The position numbers were made by a program, and so were the translations under genes. DNA of 64,000 nt from the NCBI GenBank assembly GCA_002269645.1, contig NIVC01000807.1, positions 248,001 through 312,000 of the forward strand, in the 5' to 3' direction. Source of the DNA: Macrostomum lignano. Taxonomy: Eukaryota. Numbering within the stretch: position 1 is the first letter of the stretch; every line of letters starts with the position of its first letter. Shown here one piece after another: positions 54,852-64,000 of this stretch. Under the pieces are notes generated by a model. The model was not told the DNA's origin. It did not search any database and was given only the letters and a program-made list of their open reading frames with translations.

Positions 54852-56911
54852 GAAGTCACCCTATAAAAACTTAGTGACATTTAGTGGGATAGTTCAGAGG
54901 ATAGAAATAAGCCATATGGCATTTATAATAGCTACTTTTTCATATTAGTCTCTATGCTTTTTGGTGCTTATACTTTTTGGTACCCAGCATTTCAATCTAC
55001 TAGTTTGCTTTTCAATGCTTAAATTTGTAGGCCTTAATTAGAATTACAATTAGAAACCAAAATAGAAAGAGCCTTAATTTAACAATAAATACTTTGCAAT
55101 ATATCTATACTTTAAATGACTAAGGTATTATTATTATTTATTTTGTTAATCCAACTAGCTGTTTTATTTTTAAAAGTCTTATTTCATTTATATATTTTGT
55201 CTCAATTTCTCAAGTCTAAGAAATCAAAACATGATCACATGTTAGGCCCTTCTTAAAAAATTAAACCAATACTTAAAGAGATATTTAGTATTGAAAAAAA
55301 CAAGAAAAGAGAAAAAAGCCCAAAAACCTAGCCTGATTGATATATTTTTGTTATTACTACTTATATTGCATATATTTTTTCCAGTCCTAGATCTATAGTC
55401 TAGATCATGCTAGGTACATGCTCAAACAGAAATCAAATAATTACAAATGCATACCAAAAAATTGAGTTCATGCCTATTATCAAAACTATGGGGATGTTTC
55501 AACTATAAATGACCTTTTTTAAATTGTATAATTGATCCTTTTTGGTAGATTATTTGGTTTATTTTTTAGCTTTTTGGTGATACTTTTTTATTGGAAAATT
55601 GATACACAAAAATTTGTTTAAATGCTTTATTGTAATCTTAAAAAACCCAAAAAGCAAAAACATTTAAAAATGAACTTTTTTATCTTTTTTCTATTCTACA
55701 ATAACTCTTACATGTGATATAAAGTGCATGCCAGGTATGTACGCACACTATTTTCTTAGGAGTGGTGTACACCAACTGTGTATACCTACTTTTGGCGTGC
55801 AAGGCGAATGCATGCCCAAATTTTTGGGCATATACTACATGATCCAGAATGTAGTCCTAGTTATAAAGATAACAAAATCCTAGTTTTTTGCAATCTTGGG
55901 ATCTTTGGATTTAATCCCAAAAATTGGCCAATCCTGGGATTCTATTCTGGGATCAAAAAATGCAAATTTTAAAGCTTTTGTGTTGAAATTTTAAGGCAAA
56001 ATATGTACTAAATGTTTTTTGCTTCCATTTTTTATTGTAATCTAAATATACTAAATTGAGTTACTAATTATATTTATAGATGAAAAACAGCATTATCTTT
56101 TGAAATATTTAAGTAGGGGCCTAAGTTGTATAAAAAACTAATTAGTATTAAGAAGTACATCATATATCAAATTTTGTATTGGAATAGATTTCACATTTAA
56201 ATCTATATGATGTGATGTTTAAAAAGGCACCACATGATGCAAGGCAATTAATAGAAATTTTTGCAGTATAATAAACTTTGTGGGCCTAATTATGTTTATA
56301 TTACATTTTTTAATCCTAGGATTTGGCGAATCATGCTGATTTATACTAAAGTTTTAGTTCATTTAAATAAAAAAATAAATTGCAAAAATATTTTGGGAAA
56401 AAATGTCATTAAAAGAAAATGTTTTTTTCTTAGAAATGCATATATTTAAAATAGCATAGAAAGTTAGCTAGCAAAAACTTCAAGCAAAGTCAAGGTCTAT
56501 TTATATTGCCTATTGTAAAAGATTGTTAGAAGTAGATATAGTTTTTGATATTATATTATTACCCCATTAGACTATTTTTAGTTTTTAATTTGTCAAATTG
56601 AATTTAAAGTGAGACAATGGTTTTTATATTTATATTGTTAGTCATATAGTTAAATATTTGAGTTAGAAATATTGGTTGACTATTATGCTTAATGCATTCA
56701 CATTGATTTAAGACCTAGAAACTCTAGGTTTCTTATAATATAACAAAGTTGCTGTATAATTGCTATTTCTTTCATATTAATTAATGAAATATTTAACTAA
56801 AAGGTTGAAAGCTACATGTATGGTTTAATCAATTTTTGATTTCTTCCTCTATAGCGTTCTTAACGGGTAGCGAAGATTGTTAGTAAATTACTGTTAATAC
56901 TCCTTCGTCCG

Positions 56912-58456
56912 ATGCCTAACATTATGAATGCCGCACGGGGCAATGGTTACGAAATAAGCGACAAAAAGCATAAGAAAGTGTCACCCACAACGCTGTTTCT
57001 ACGCGAATACCGGTCGATTAATCCGCAGTACTCCCGCTGCCCAATCAGCGATCCAAATCTCGTGGCAGAGGCTATGGAAGCCTATCGCTGCCTGCCGCCA
57101 GATCAGCTGGATAAGCTGCGCCAGTTGGCTCGCGAAGAGAACGCCGCTGCAGCTGGCGGCCGCGTCGTCAAGCCTGCTGCCGATTCTGTCAGCGTTCCTT
57201 TGGCTGCGCCTACAGCGACTCCGCCAGCCTCCGAGCAGGTGGCCAAACTGATTGCCTCTGTTGGCAGCCTGGCCGATTGGCCAATCGTATTTGGCAGCGT
57301 CAGTGTTCACCTGAAATCGGCGCCAACCTACAATGCGCCGCTACTGCCCGCCGAGCTGGCCCTGGTTCGGTACAGCCTCCGCAACGGCGTCTCAGCCTCT
57401 GTTAACAGCCTGCCGAATATTGTATATGAAGACGTGCCAATGGGGCTCATGTCTGAGTGCCGCTTTATTAGCCAGGGCTCGCATCGGGTGCCAATCAAAT
57501 GCCAATTTGCCGAGTCCGACTGGTCGGCCATGTGCGACCGGCTTGAGGCCGCTCTGGGCGCCCATTCTGACCAGCCTTTCTTGCGCGTGTTCGCTCCACG
57601 GGACAAGCTAGCAGACTTTGCCCAGGCGGTTGACTGGCTCTATTCAAGGGCCGGCCGTCTGCCACCGGCCTGTTTGACTCGGCCGCTGCCTGTTGAAGTT
57701 CTGCTTCGTTGCCTGGCTGAGCACCTAGGCAATCTTTGCGTTGTCACCAATGAAAATTGCCGAGCCACCCTCGAGGAGCACGTGGCCACCAGGAAGCTCG
57801 CCACTTCGCGGTATAACTACGCGGCGAGTCACGCTTGCAGCTTCCACAATCAGATTGACTGTCCCTGGCTGTGCACCTTGCATGAGGCCCACGTGGCCGC
57901 CTGGGTGTTCTCTACTGAGCTTTGCCCAACTCTGAATTTGGCCATCACCGCCAGTCACCTGCCGGCCGATCCGCCCCTACAGCTGGCCGCTGTGCCATTC
58001 TTTTCCCTGTCGTCCGCTGCCAGGGCTCGGGGCCAACCGCGGCAAGACGAGGCCGCCTGGCCGCCCCCGCCGCCGCCGTCGCATCCGCGGCCGCCAAACC
58101 TGCCGCCTGGCCCGGATTCCGCTCCGCCGACGCGTTGCTTCGCATTCGGCCGCGGCTCTGCCGGCTTTGTCGCTAGGCGCCCCGCTGAGCTGCCGGCGCA
58201 GGCACCGTCACTGTCTGTACCAGCACCGCCGCCGGCGCAGGCACCGTCACTGTCTGTACCACCACCGCCGCCGTCGCCTTCAGTATCGTCGGTAGCGTCT
58301 TCGGCGTCGGTGAATGTAATCTGGCGGCCGGCCGACCAGCGTCCGGGCTCAGCGGCATCCAGCCGGAGTGAAAGTTTTGGAAGAGGTCGCGGCCGCGGTC
58401 GCGGCGCGGGTTCAGCTAATAGGCGCGGCAATGGCCCGCCAATTATAGTTGATTAA
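56912..58456 (+). CDS. mael: Maelstrom homolog (HMG box + MAEL domain + Pro/RG-rich tail), 514 aa, single coding exon
   Basis: HMG-like KKVSPTTLFLREY...EAYRCLPPDQLDKLRQLARE. MAEL-domain IVFGSVSV...PAELALVRYSLRNG...VPMGLMSECRFISQGSHRVP. Zinc-ligand set: E in PAEL plus C-x2-H-x8-C (ACSFHNQIDCPWLC). AATAAA overlaps the stop codon. Confidence 0.85.
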   Translation: MPNIMNAARGNGYEISDKKHKKVSPTTLFLREYRSINPQYSRCPISDPNLVAEAMEAYRCLPPDQLDKLRQLAREENAAAAGGRVVKPAADSVSVPLAAPTATPPASEQVAKLIASVGSLADWPIVFGSVSVHLKSAPTYNAPLLPAELALVRYSLRNGVSASVNSLPNIVYEDVPMGLMSECRFISQGSHRVPIKCQFAESDWSAMCDRLEAALGAHSDQPFLRVFAPRDKLADFAQAVDWLYSRAGRLPPACLTRPLPVEVLLRCLAEHLGNLCVVTNENCRATLEEHVATRKLATSRYNYAASHACSFHNQIDCPWLCTLHEAHVAAWVFSTELCPTLNLAITASHLPADPPLQLAAVPFFSLSSAARARGQPRQDEAAWPPPPPPSHPRPPNLPPGPDSAPPTRCFAFGRGSAGFVARRPAELPAQAPSLSVPAPPPAQAPSLSVPPPPPSPSVSSVASSASVNVIWRPADQRPGSAASSRSESFGRGRGRGRGAGSANRRGNGPPIIVD

Positions 58457-59170
58457 ATAAAAAATTGACAAGTTATGGTAAATTGAGGGGCAGGTATTAT
58501 CGCACCTGATGGCATTTTTACAGCAAATTAGCTCCAGTTCGGCATTTTTTTAGGAAATAAGAAAGCCATGTAATTTTATGTTTTGATTTTTATCAGGAAT
58601 ACTAAAAGTTCGTGCGATTTTTTGTCAGAGAAAATATCCTGACTGTAATTGGCATTCAAATCAATAAAATTCTTATTGTTTATCACTTTCACGCAAGTAA
58701 ACTCACGCGATTATCAGTTATGAGCAATATACTTAGCTTTCTCTGTTTAGTTAAGCATGCTTTTTGCTCGTTCGCTTGTTAAATAAAATATTTATGAAAG
58801 GTGGTTGTTATACCTTTTTTTGTGCTGTGTTTTGAAATTCATTTTCCAACTGATAGATTTGCATAGGATTCATTCGACCCTCAGCCGATGGGAAGACATG
58901 CAGTCCATGCAGCCTAAAAAAGGTCTCCGTGACTCATCAGGCAGTGTCCAGACCTCTGTTTTGTCTGTTTTATGTACGCGTCCGATATAACAGTGTACAT
59001 ACTCTGTGCATTGAGGCTTGGCCTTCCGTGAGCGTGAATCGGAGACCAATAGCCAGGGCTGAACCTGGGTGCCTATCTCGCACCCTTTAATTGTCTTATT
59101 GAGCTTTATTAGCGTCTACTAAGTTAAGAGAAAAAACAAAAATGCTTGAAATTGACCTATCCTGACAGCC

Positions 59171-62100
59171 ATGTCAGTCAGCACGGCAGCGGACGGCATT
59201 GACGACAGCCTGTACAGCAGGCAGCGTTACGTGATGGGCGACGCCGCCATGCAGCGCATGGCCGCCGCCCGAGTACTCGTCTGCGGCTTGGACGGCCTCG
59301 GCGTTGAACTGGCTAAGAACCTGGCTCTGACCGGGGTGCGCCTGCTGGCTGTGCAGGACAGCCGCCTGTGCACCGCCGAGGACCTCGGCGACCAGTTCTT
59401 CGTCACGGCTGACGACGTCGCTAACGGCGCCGCTCGAGACTCGGCCAGCTGTCCTCGCCTAGCCGAACTGAATCCCTACGTTAGGATTGAACGGCATAGC
59501 GGCAATGTAGAGCTGCCAGATGAATCGCTTGGCTACATCGCCGAATTCGACTGCGTCGCCCTTGTTGGCGCCTCGGTCGATGCTCAGCGTCGGGTGTCTG
59601 CCGCCTGTCGGACAAAACGGATTCCGCTGGTCTGCGCCGCTGTGCACGGCTTATTTGGCTGCCTGTTCAACGACTTTGGCGACGTCTTTCAAGTAGGCTT
59701 TGTTGGCAGTCTGAGTGCTTTGGTGTGATTCTGATAGATAGGAATTTTGAGGTCTTGGTGCATCTAATCTATGAGGTCTTGCACCTACATCCACTTTTTG
59801 GATGTTGTAACACCATTAAGATTAAGCCTTAAACTATGGGGTGTTTTTCGTAGTCTACCTTTTGTTATACTAATAGTTTATGGGTGTGGCACCAAGTCTA
59901 TGGTGTACTACACCTAGTCTATGGTGTACTACACCTAGTCTATGGTATACTACACCTAGTCTATGGGATACTACACCTAGTCTATGGGATACTACACCTA
60001 GTCTATGGGATACTACGCCTAGTCTATGGTGTACTACACCTAGTCTATGGGATACTACACCTAGTCTGGTGTACTACACCTAGTCTATGGGATACTACAC
60101 CTAGTCTATGGGATACTAAACCTAGTCTATGTTATACTACACCTAGTCTATGGGATACTACACCTAGTCTATGGTGTACTACACCTAGTCTATGGGATAC
60201 TACACCTAGTCTATGGGATACTACACCTAGTCTATGGGATACTGCACATAGTCTATGGGATACTACACATAGTCTATGGGATACTACACCTAGTTTAGGG
60301 TATACTGCATCTAATTGCACCTAGTCTGTTAATGCGGTACTACCCATCACGACCGAATTGTCATTGCTCACTCACTAAGCACTTTATAACACTAATACTG
60401 CAGGTAAACGAGCCAGCCGCCGAGGAGCCGCGCGAAGAATTCGTAGCCTCAATCGACGCTGCCGCCGGCTGCGTGCGCACGCTTGACGGCCGGCCACACC
60501 GGCTCTGCGTTGGAGATTTTGTCGCCTTCCGCGAGATCCGCGGCGCTAATCGGCTGAACTCCGGGCAGTGGCGCGTCACGGCGACGCCTGAACACGACGC
60601 TTTCTGTATCGAGGCTGAGCAGGCCGATCTAGCTGGCTACGAATGCGGCGGCAGCTTTGTACTGCGGGTGCAGCCGGTCCAGCTGCAGTTTCGCCCCTTA
60701 GAACACTTCCTAGATGGCGGGCCGGCCGCTGAGGGTAAGTGTAGATTCGAACAATTTGACCCGAAGCAAAGTGGGGTCGTGCACAGCCGCTGAAAATAAA
60801 CTACTATAAACTTTACTAGCCTACTGTAGTTAGTAGCAAGTCGAGTATATGCAAAACGACTCTTACATTATCTCACCAATTGCAGGCCTAAGCGAGGCGC
60901 TCGTAATGCCCGACCTAGGCAAGGATCGGGCGCCTCTGCGTCTTCACTGCCTTCATTTGGCCCTGCTGCGCCTTGGCTTCAACGCATCGGCCGAGGCGCT
61001 GGCCTCCGAGGCTCTGGCCTGTCTGCGCCAGGCGGACACGCCTACGCCAGAGGATGCCGAGTTTGTTCGCCGACTGGCCCGAGCTGCCGCGGCTGGCGGT
61101 CGGCTCCAGCCAATGTGCGCCCTGTTCGGCGGCCTGGCGGCCCAGGAGGTATTGAAGGCGCTCACCGCCAAGTTCACGCCGTTTCGCCAATGGCTCTACC
61201 TGGATGCTGTTGAATTGTTTGGCGACGACGCGGCATCGACTTTGCCAACTCTGACGGCCGGCGCGGAGCCGCGCTACCACCGTCTGGCGGCCTGCATGGG
61301 CGCGGGGCCCGTAGAGCAAGCCCGACGCCTACGCCTATTCCTAGTTGGCTGCGGGGCTATCGGCTGCGAGCTGTTGAAAAACTTTGCCCTGTGCGGCTTC
61401 TGCACAGCCGACGGAGGCCGCCTGACTGCTACTGACGACGACGTGATTGAGAAGTCGAATCTCAACCGGCAGTTCCTGTTCCGGCCCGGCCACATTCGCC
61501 AATCGAAGTCTCTGGTAGCGGCCGATGTTGCCAGGCGAATGAATCCGAGTCTAAGCGTCGAAGGCTTGCAGCTACGCGTCGGACGGGACACGGAGCGGAC
61601 GGCTTTCACTGACGCGTTCATCTGCCGGCAGGACGCTTGCGTTAACGCGCTAGACAATGTGGCCGCTAGGCGCTACATGGACCAGCGCTGCTTAGCCAAT
61701 CAGCGGCCTCTGTTCGAGTCCGGCACAATGGGCGCCAGAGGTCACGTGCAAGTTATTCTTCCATTCATTAGCGAGTCCTACGGTGCTCAGCAAGATCCAA
61801 CAGAGGAAGAGCAGGTGCCCTATTGCACTCTAAAGACATTTCCCCAGCGTATTGAGCACTGCATCGAATGGGCCAGGGACAAATTCGAGAGCAGCTTCGC
61901 CTGCAAGCCGGCCCTAGTTGCTAGGCTGCTAGACGCTAACGGCAATTCGCCGCGCAATATTGCCAAGCGCCTGGCCGCCGACGAGCACGTACCCGACGCT
62001 GCCGACGCCTTCCGCTACCTGCGGCAGCGGCCAACCAGCTGGCCGGATTGTGTCCAACTGGCCGGCAAGAAGTTTGCCAAATATTTCATCCATCGGGCTC

Positions 62101-62585
62101 TGCACATCCTGCGCGCCTTCCCGCCGGACACTCGCCTGCCAGACGGCACCCCGTTCTGGTCGCCGCCGAAGCGGCCGCCGCGTCCCGTAGCTTTGAACGC
62201 CAACGAGCCGCTGCACGTCAGCTGTTTGCTCAGCTTAGCCAGGCTCTATGCTGGTGCCTTCTGTGTACCAATACCAGCTGGCAGCGACTCGGCCGGGTTT
62301 GTTGCCGCCATGCTGCCTAGCATCACACTGCCAGAGTTTGTGCCCAGCACTAAACCAATTGAAACTGACGAGTCCAAGAGTCGGGCCGACGCTACGGCCG
62401 ATTCTACAGCCGGTTCGAATGCCGACCCAGAGGCTGTGCTGGCACTGTTCTCTAGTCTGGCTGAGCCGCTCACCTGTCAGCCTGTTCAGTTTGATAAGGA
62501 CAATGATAGCCATGTTGACGCTGTGGCCTCCCTGGCTAATCTGCGTGCCACCATGTACGGCCTGGATACTGTGGACCGGCTGCAG
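59171..62585 (+). CDS. UBA6: UBA6-type ubiquitin-activating enzyme E1, partial; exons 59171-59692, 60404-60734, 60886-62585; the UFD-encoding 3' exons are not in the window
   Basis: IDDSLYSRQRYVMGDAAMQRMA, LVGCGAIGCELLKNFAL, EKSNLNRQFLFRPGHI, catalytic PYCTLKTFP, WARDKFESSF.CKP. The QRYV.GD, GCGAIG and DKFESSF variants match UBA6 rather than UBA1 (QLYVLGH, GAGAIG). Confidence 0.9.
59890..60300. repeat. 21-bp minisatellite (TACTACACCTAGTCTATGGGA)n in UBA6 intron 1
   Basis: About 19 units are visible. Confidence 0.95.
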
Positions 62586-62609
62586 GTTGGATTCGCTGTC
62601 TCTTCTATT

Positions 62610-62885
62610 GCACTGGCTTCCACTCCAGTCATTCCTTTCCACTGGCGTCCACTCCAGTCATTCCTTTGCACTGGCTCTCCAGTCATTCCTTTGCACTGGC
62701 TCTCCAGTCATTCCTTTGCACTGGCTCTCCAGTCATTCATTTACACTGGCTTCCACTCCAGTCATTCATTTACACTGGCTTCCACTCCAGTCATTACTTT
62801 CCACTGGCTTCCACTCCAGTCATTCCTTTGCACTGGCTCTCCAGTCATTCCTTTGCACTGGCTCTCCAGTCATTCATTTACACTA
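62610..62885. repeat. 25-29-bp minisatellite (TCCAGTCATTCCTTTGCACTGGCTC)n just after the UBA6 exon-3 donor
   Basis: About 10 units are visible. Confidence 0.93.
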
Positions 62886-62959
62886 CTAAGCAACGGCAGA
62901 TGGCTCGATTTTGCGAAGGTCCGTCGGGCTGATGTCGGCCTCTAGCACCGCGGCAAGGT

Positions 62960-63570
62960 GCTCCCTCGGGGTGTACCACCTCCCCCGGGGTGTACCTCCA
63001 GCGGGGTGGGTGTCCAGCGAGTGTACCTCCAGCGGGGTGGGCCTCCCGCGAGTGTACATCCGGCCGGCTGGGCGTCCAGCGAGTGTACCTTCAGCGCATG
63101 GGCCTCCCTCGGGGTGTACATCCGGCGGGGGGATTCCCGCCCCTCCCACCAATGTCGTGTGCACGCGGTTAGTGTAGGAAGGAAACCCCCGATGCTGACG
63201 CAGCCCTGTACACTGAGCAACCGGCCCCCCATGCGGGGGACAGAGAGCAGCCCTGTAGCTGGGGACAGAGAGCAGCCCCTGTAGCAGGAGGGGTAGTGCG
63301 TGGAGAGCCGCCATCCCCCTGTAGCAGGGGACAGATAACAGGCGACCCCTGTAGCAGTATGAGGTGGGGTACAAAGAGACACGGGGTGCTGGGACAGAGA
63401 GTGCGTGGAGGCACCCTGCGCTGCCCCGGCATGTCGCAGCACGCGGCGTGGACAGAGAGGGAGTGTGAGTCACACGGAGGGACAGAGAGCTTCCCCAGGC
63501 CGGGGTGGTAGAGGGACAGACCGGCGGTGAGTGATAGAGAGCCCCCCCCCAGGCTGCAGAGGGACAGACA
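62960..63570. repeat. Two blocks of GC-rich degenerate direct repeats upstream of the Fic-like ORF
   Basis: Block 1 (about 62960-63130): GAGTGTACCTCCAGCGGGGTGGG-like units. Block 2 (about 63200-63570): CCCTGTAGCAGGGGACAGAGAG-like units. Confidence 0.75.
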
Positions 63571-63628
63571 GGCCGCGAGCAACGTGTTAATGCAACCATA
63601 AATAGAAGCAGTGTACAAAACCCTCTGT

Positions 63629-64000
63629 ATGGAGAACATGGAAGAGGGTATAACTGATAACCCCTATTTCAGCAACGAGAGCGTGCGCGCCAGATTACCC
63701 CTCATTGAAAGATTGTTATCAGACACTAGGAAAAGAATCGAGGGATTGACCGCAAAGGAGCGCTTAGAATTCACGTATCTAGCCCGGCTGGCATTCGTAA
63801 CTGAAGTAAACATTGAGGAGAGAGAGGTGGCGTTGACTTGGGAGGAAGCAGAAGAAGCGATAAAAACCGGGTCCTGTATGGTCACAGCCAATCTATGGAG
63901 TGCGGCAATACACCTCAATGACACGAGGGGGTTAATTGACACAGAGTTTGTTAGACAAGTTCACACACGCGTGTGTAGAGGACTGCTCCCGAATGCAGGA
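63629..64000 (+). CDS. Putative Fic/Doc-domain (AMPylase-fold) protein, N-terminal part, open at the window edge
   Basis: 124 stop-free codons: MENMEEGITDNPYFSNESVRARLPLIERLLSDTRKRIEGLTAKERLEFTYLARLAFVTEVNIEEREVALTWEEAEEAIKTGSCMVTANLWSAAIHLNDTRGLIDTEFVRQVHTRVCRGLLPNAG. This resembles the Fic pre-catalytic pattern (..IEG..LT.EE....I..G ... I...H..V..G...AG). The catalytic HPFxDGNGR motif is not within the window. Confidence 0.55.
   Translation, partial: MENMEEGITDNPYFSNESVRARLPLIERLLSDTRKRIEGLTAKERLEFTYLARLAFVTEVNIEEREVALTWEEAEEAIKTGSCMVTANLWSAAIHLNDTRGLIDTEFVRQVHTRVCRGLLPNAG

Noticed and set aside
59171-62585. Calling the E1 gene UBA1
   Set aside because: Diagnostic residues (QRYV.GD, GCGAIG, DKFESSF) match UBA6.
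62886-63639. Overlapping GC-rich ORFs on both strands before the Fic-like ORF
   Set aside because: They arise from degenerate GC-rich repeats and have no domain-like content.

Overview
Eukaryotic (metazoan) genomic DNA with spliced genes, dense minisatellites and transposon debris. GC-rich codons, short introns filled with tandem repeats and the gene set suggest a lophotrochozoan, possibly a free-living flatworm such as Macrostomum (inference only). Genes reconstructed by hand from splice sites and reading-frame phase: a TRPC-family channel (minus strand, 5' exons only), RhoA (3 exons, 193 aa), a cytoplasmic intermediate-filament protein with a lamin-tail domain (12 exons, including a 12-nt micro-exon and a GC-AG intron), a ~2960-aa N-cadherin-type classical cadherin (17 exons), an intronless Maelstrom, and a UBA6-type E1 enzyme that runs off the window. 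An unannotated ORF resembling the N-terminal half of a Fic (AMPylase) domain starts at 63629 and is open at the window edge, apparently inside the UBA6 intron and preceded by GC-rich repeats. Mobile DNA includes two tRNA-derived SINE families, MITEs with clear TSDs (hAT-like and MULE-like), a HINE-like element, a Crypton-like fragment, a LINE 3' fragment, and a decayed Gypsy element interrupted by a solo LTR. No CRISPR arrays, rRNA or bona fide tRNA genes were seen.
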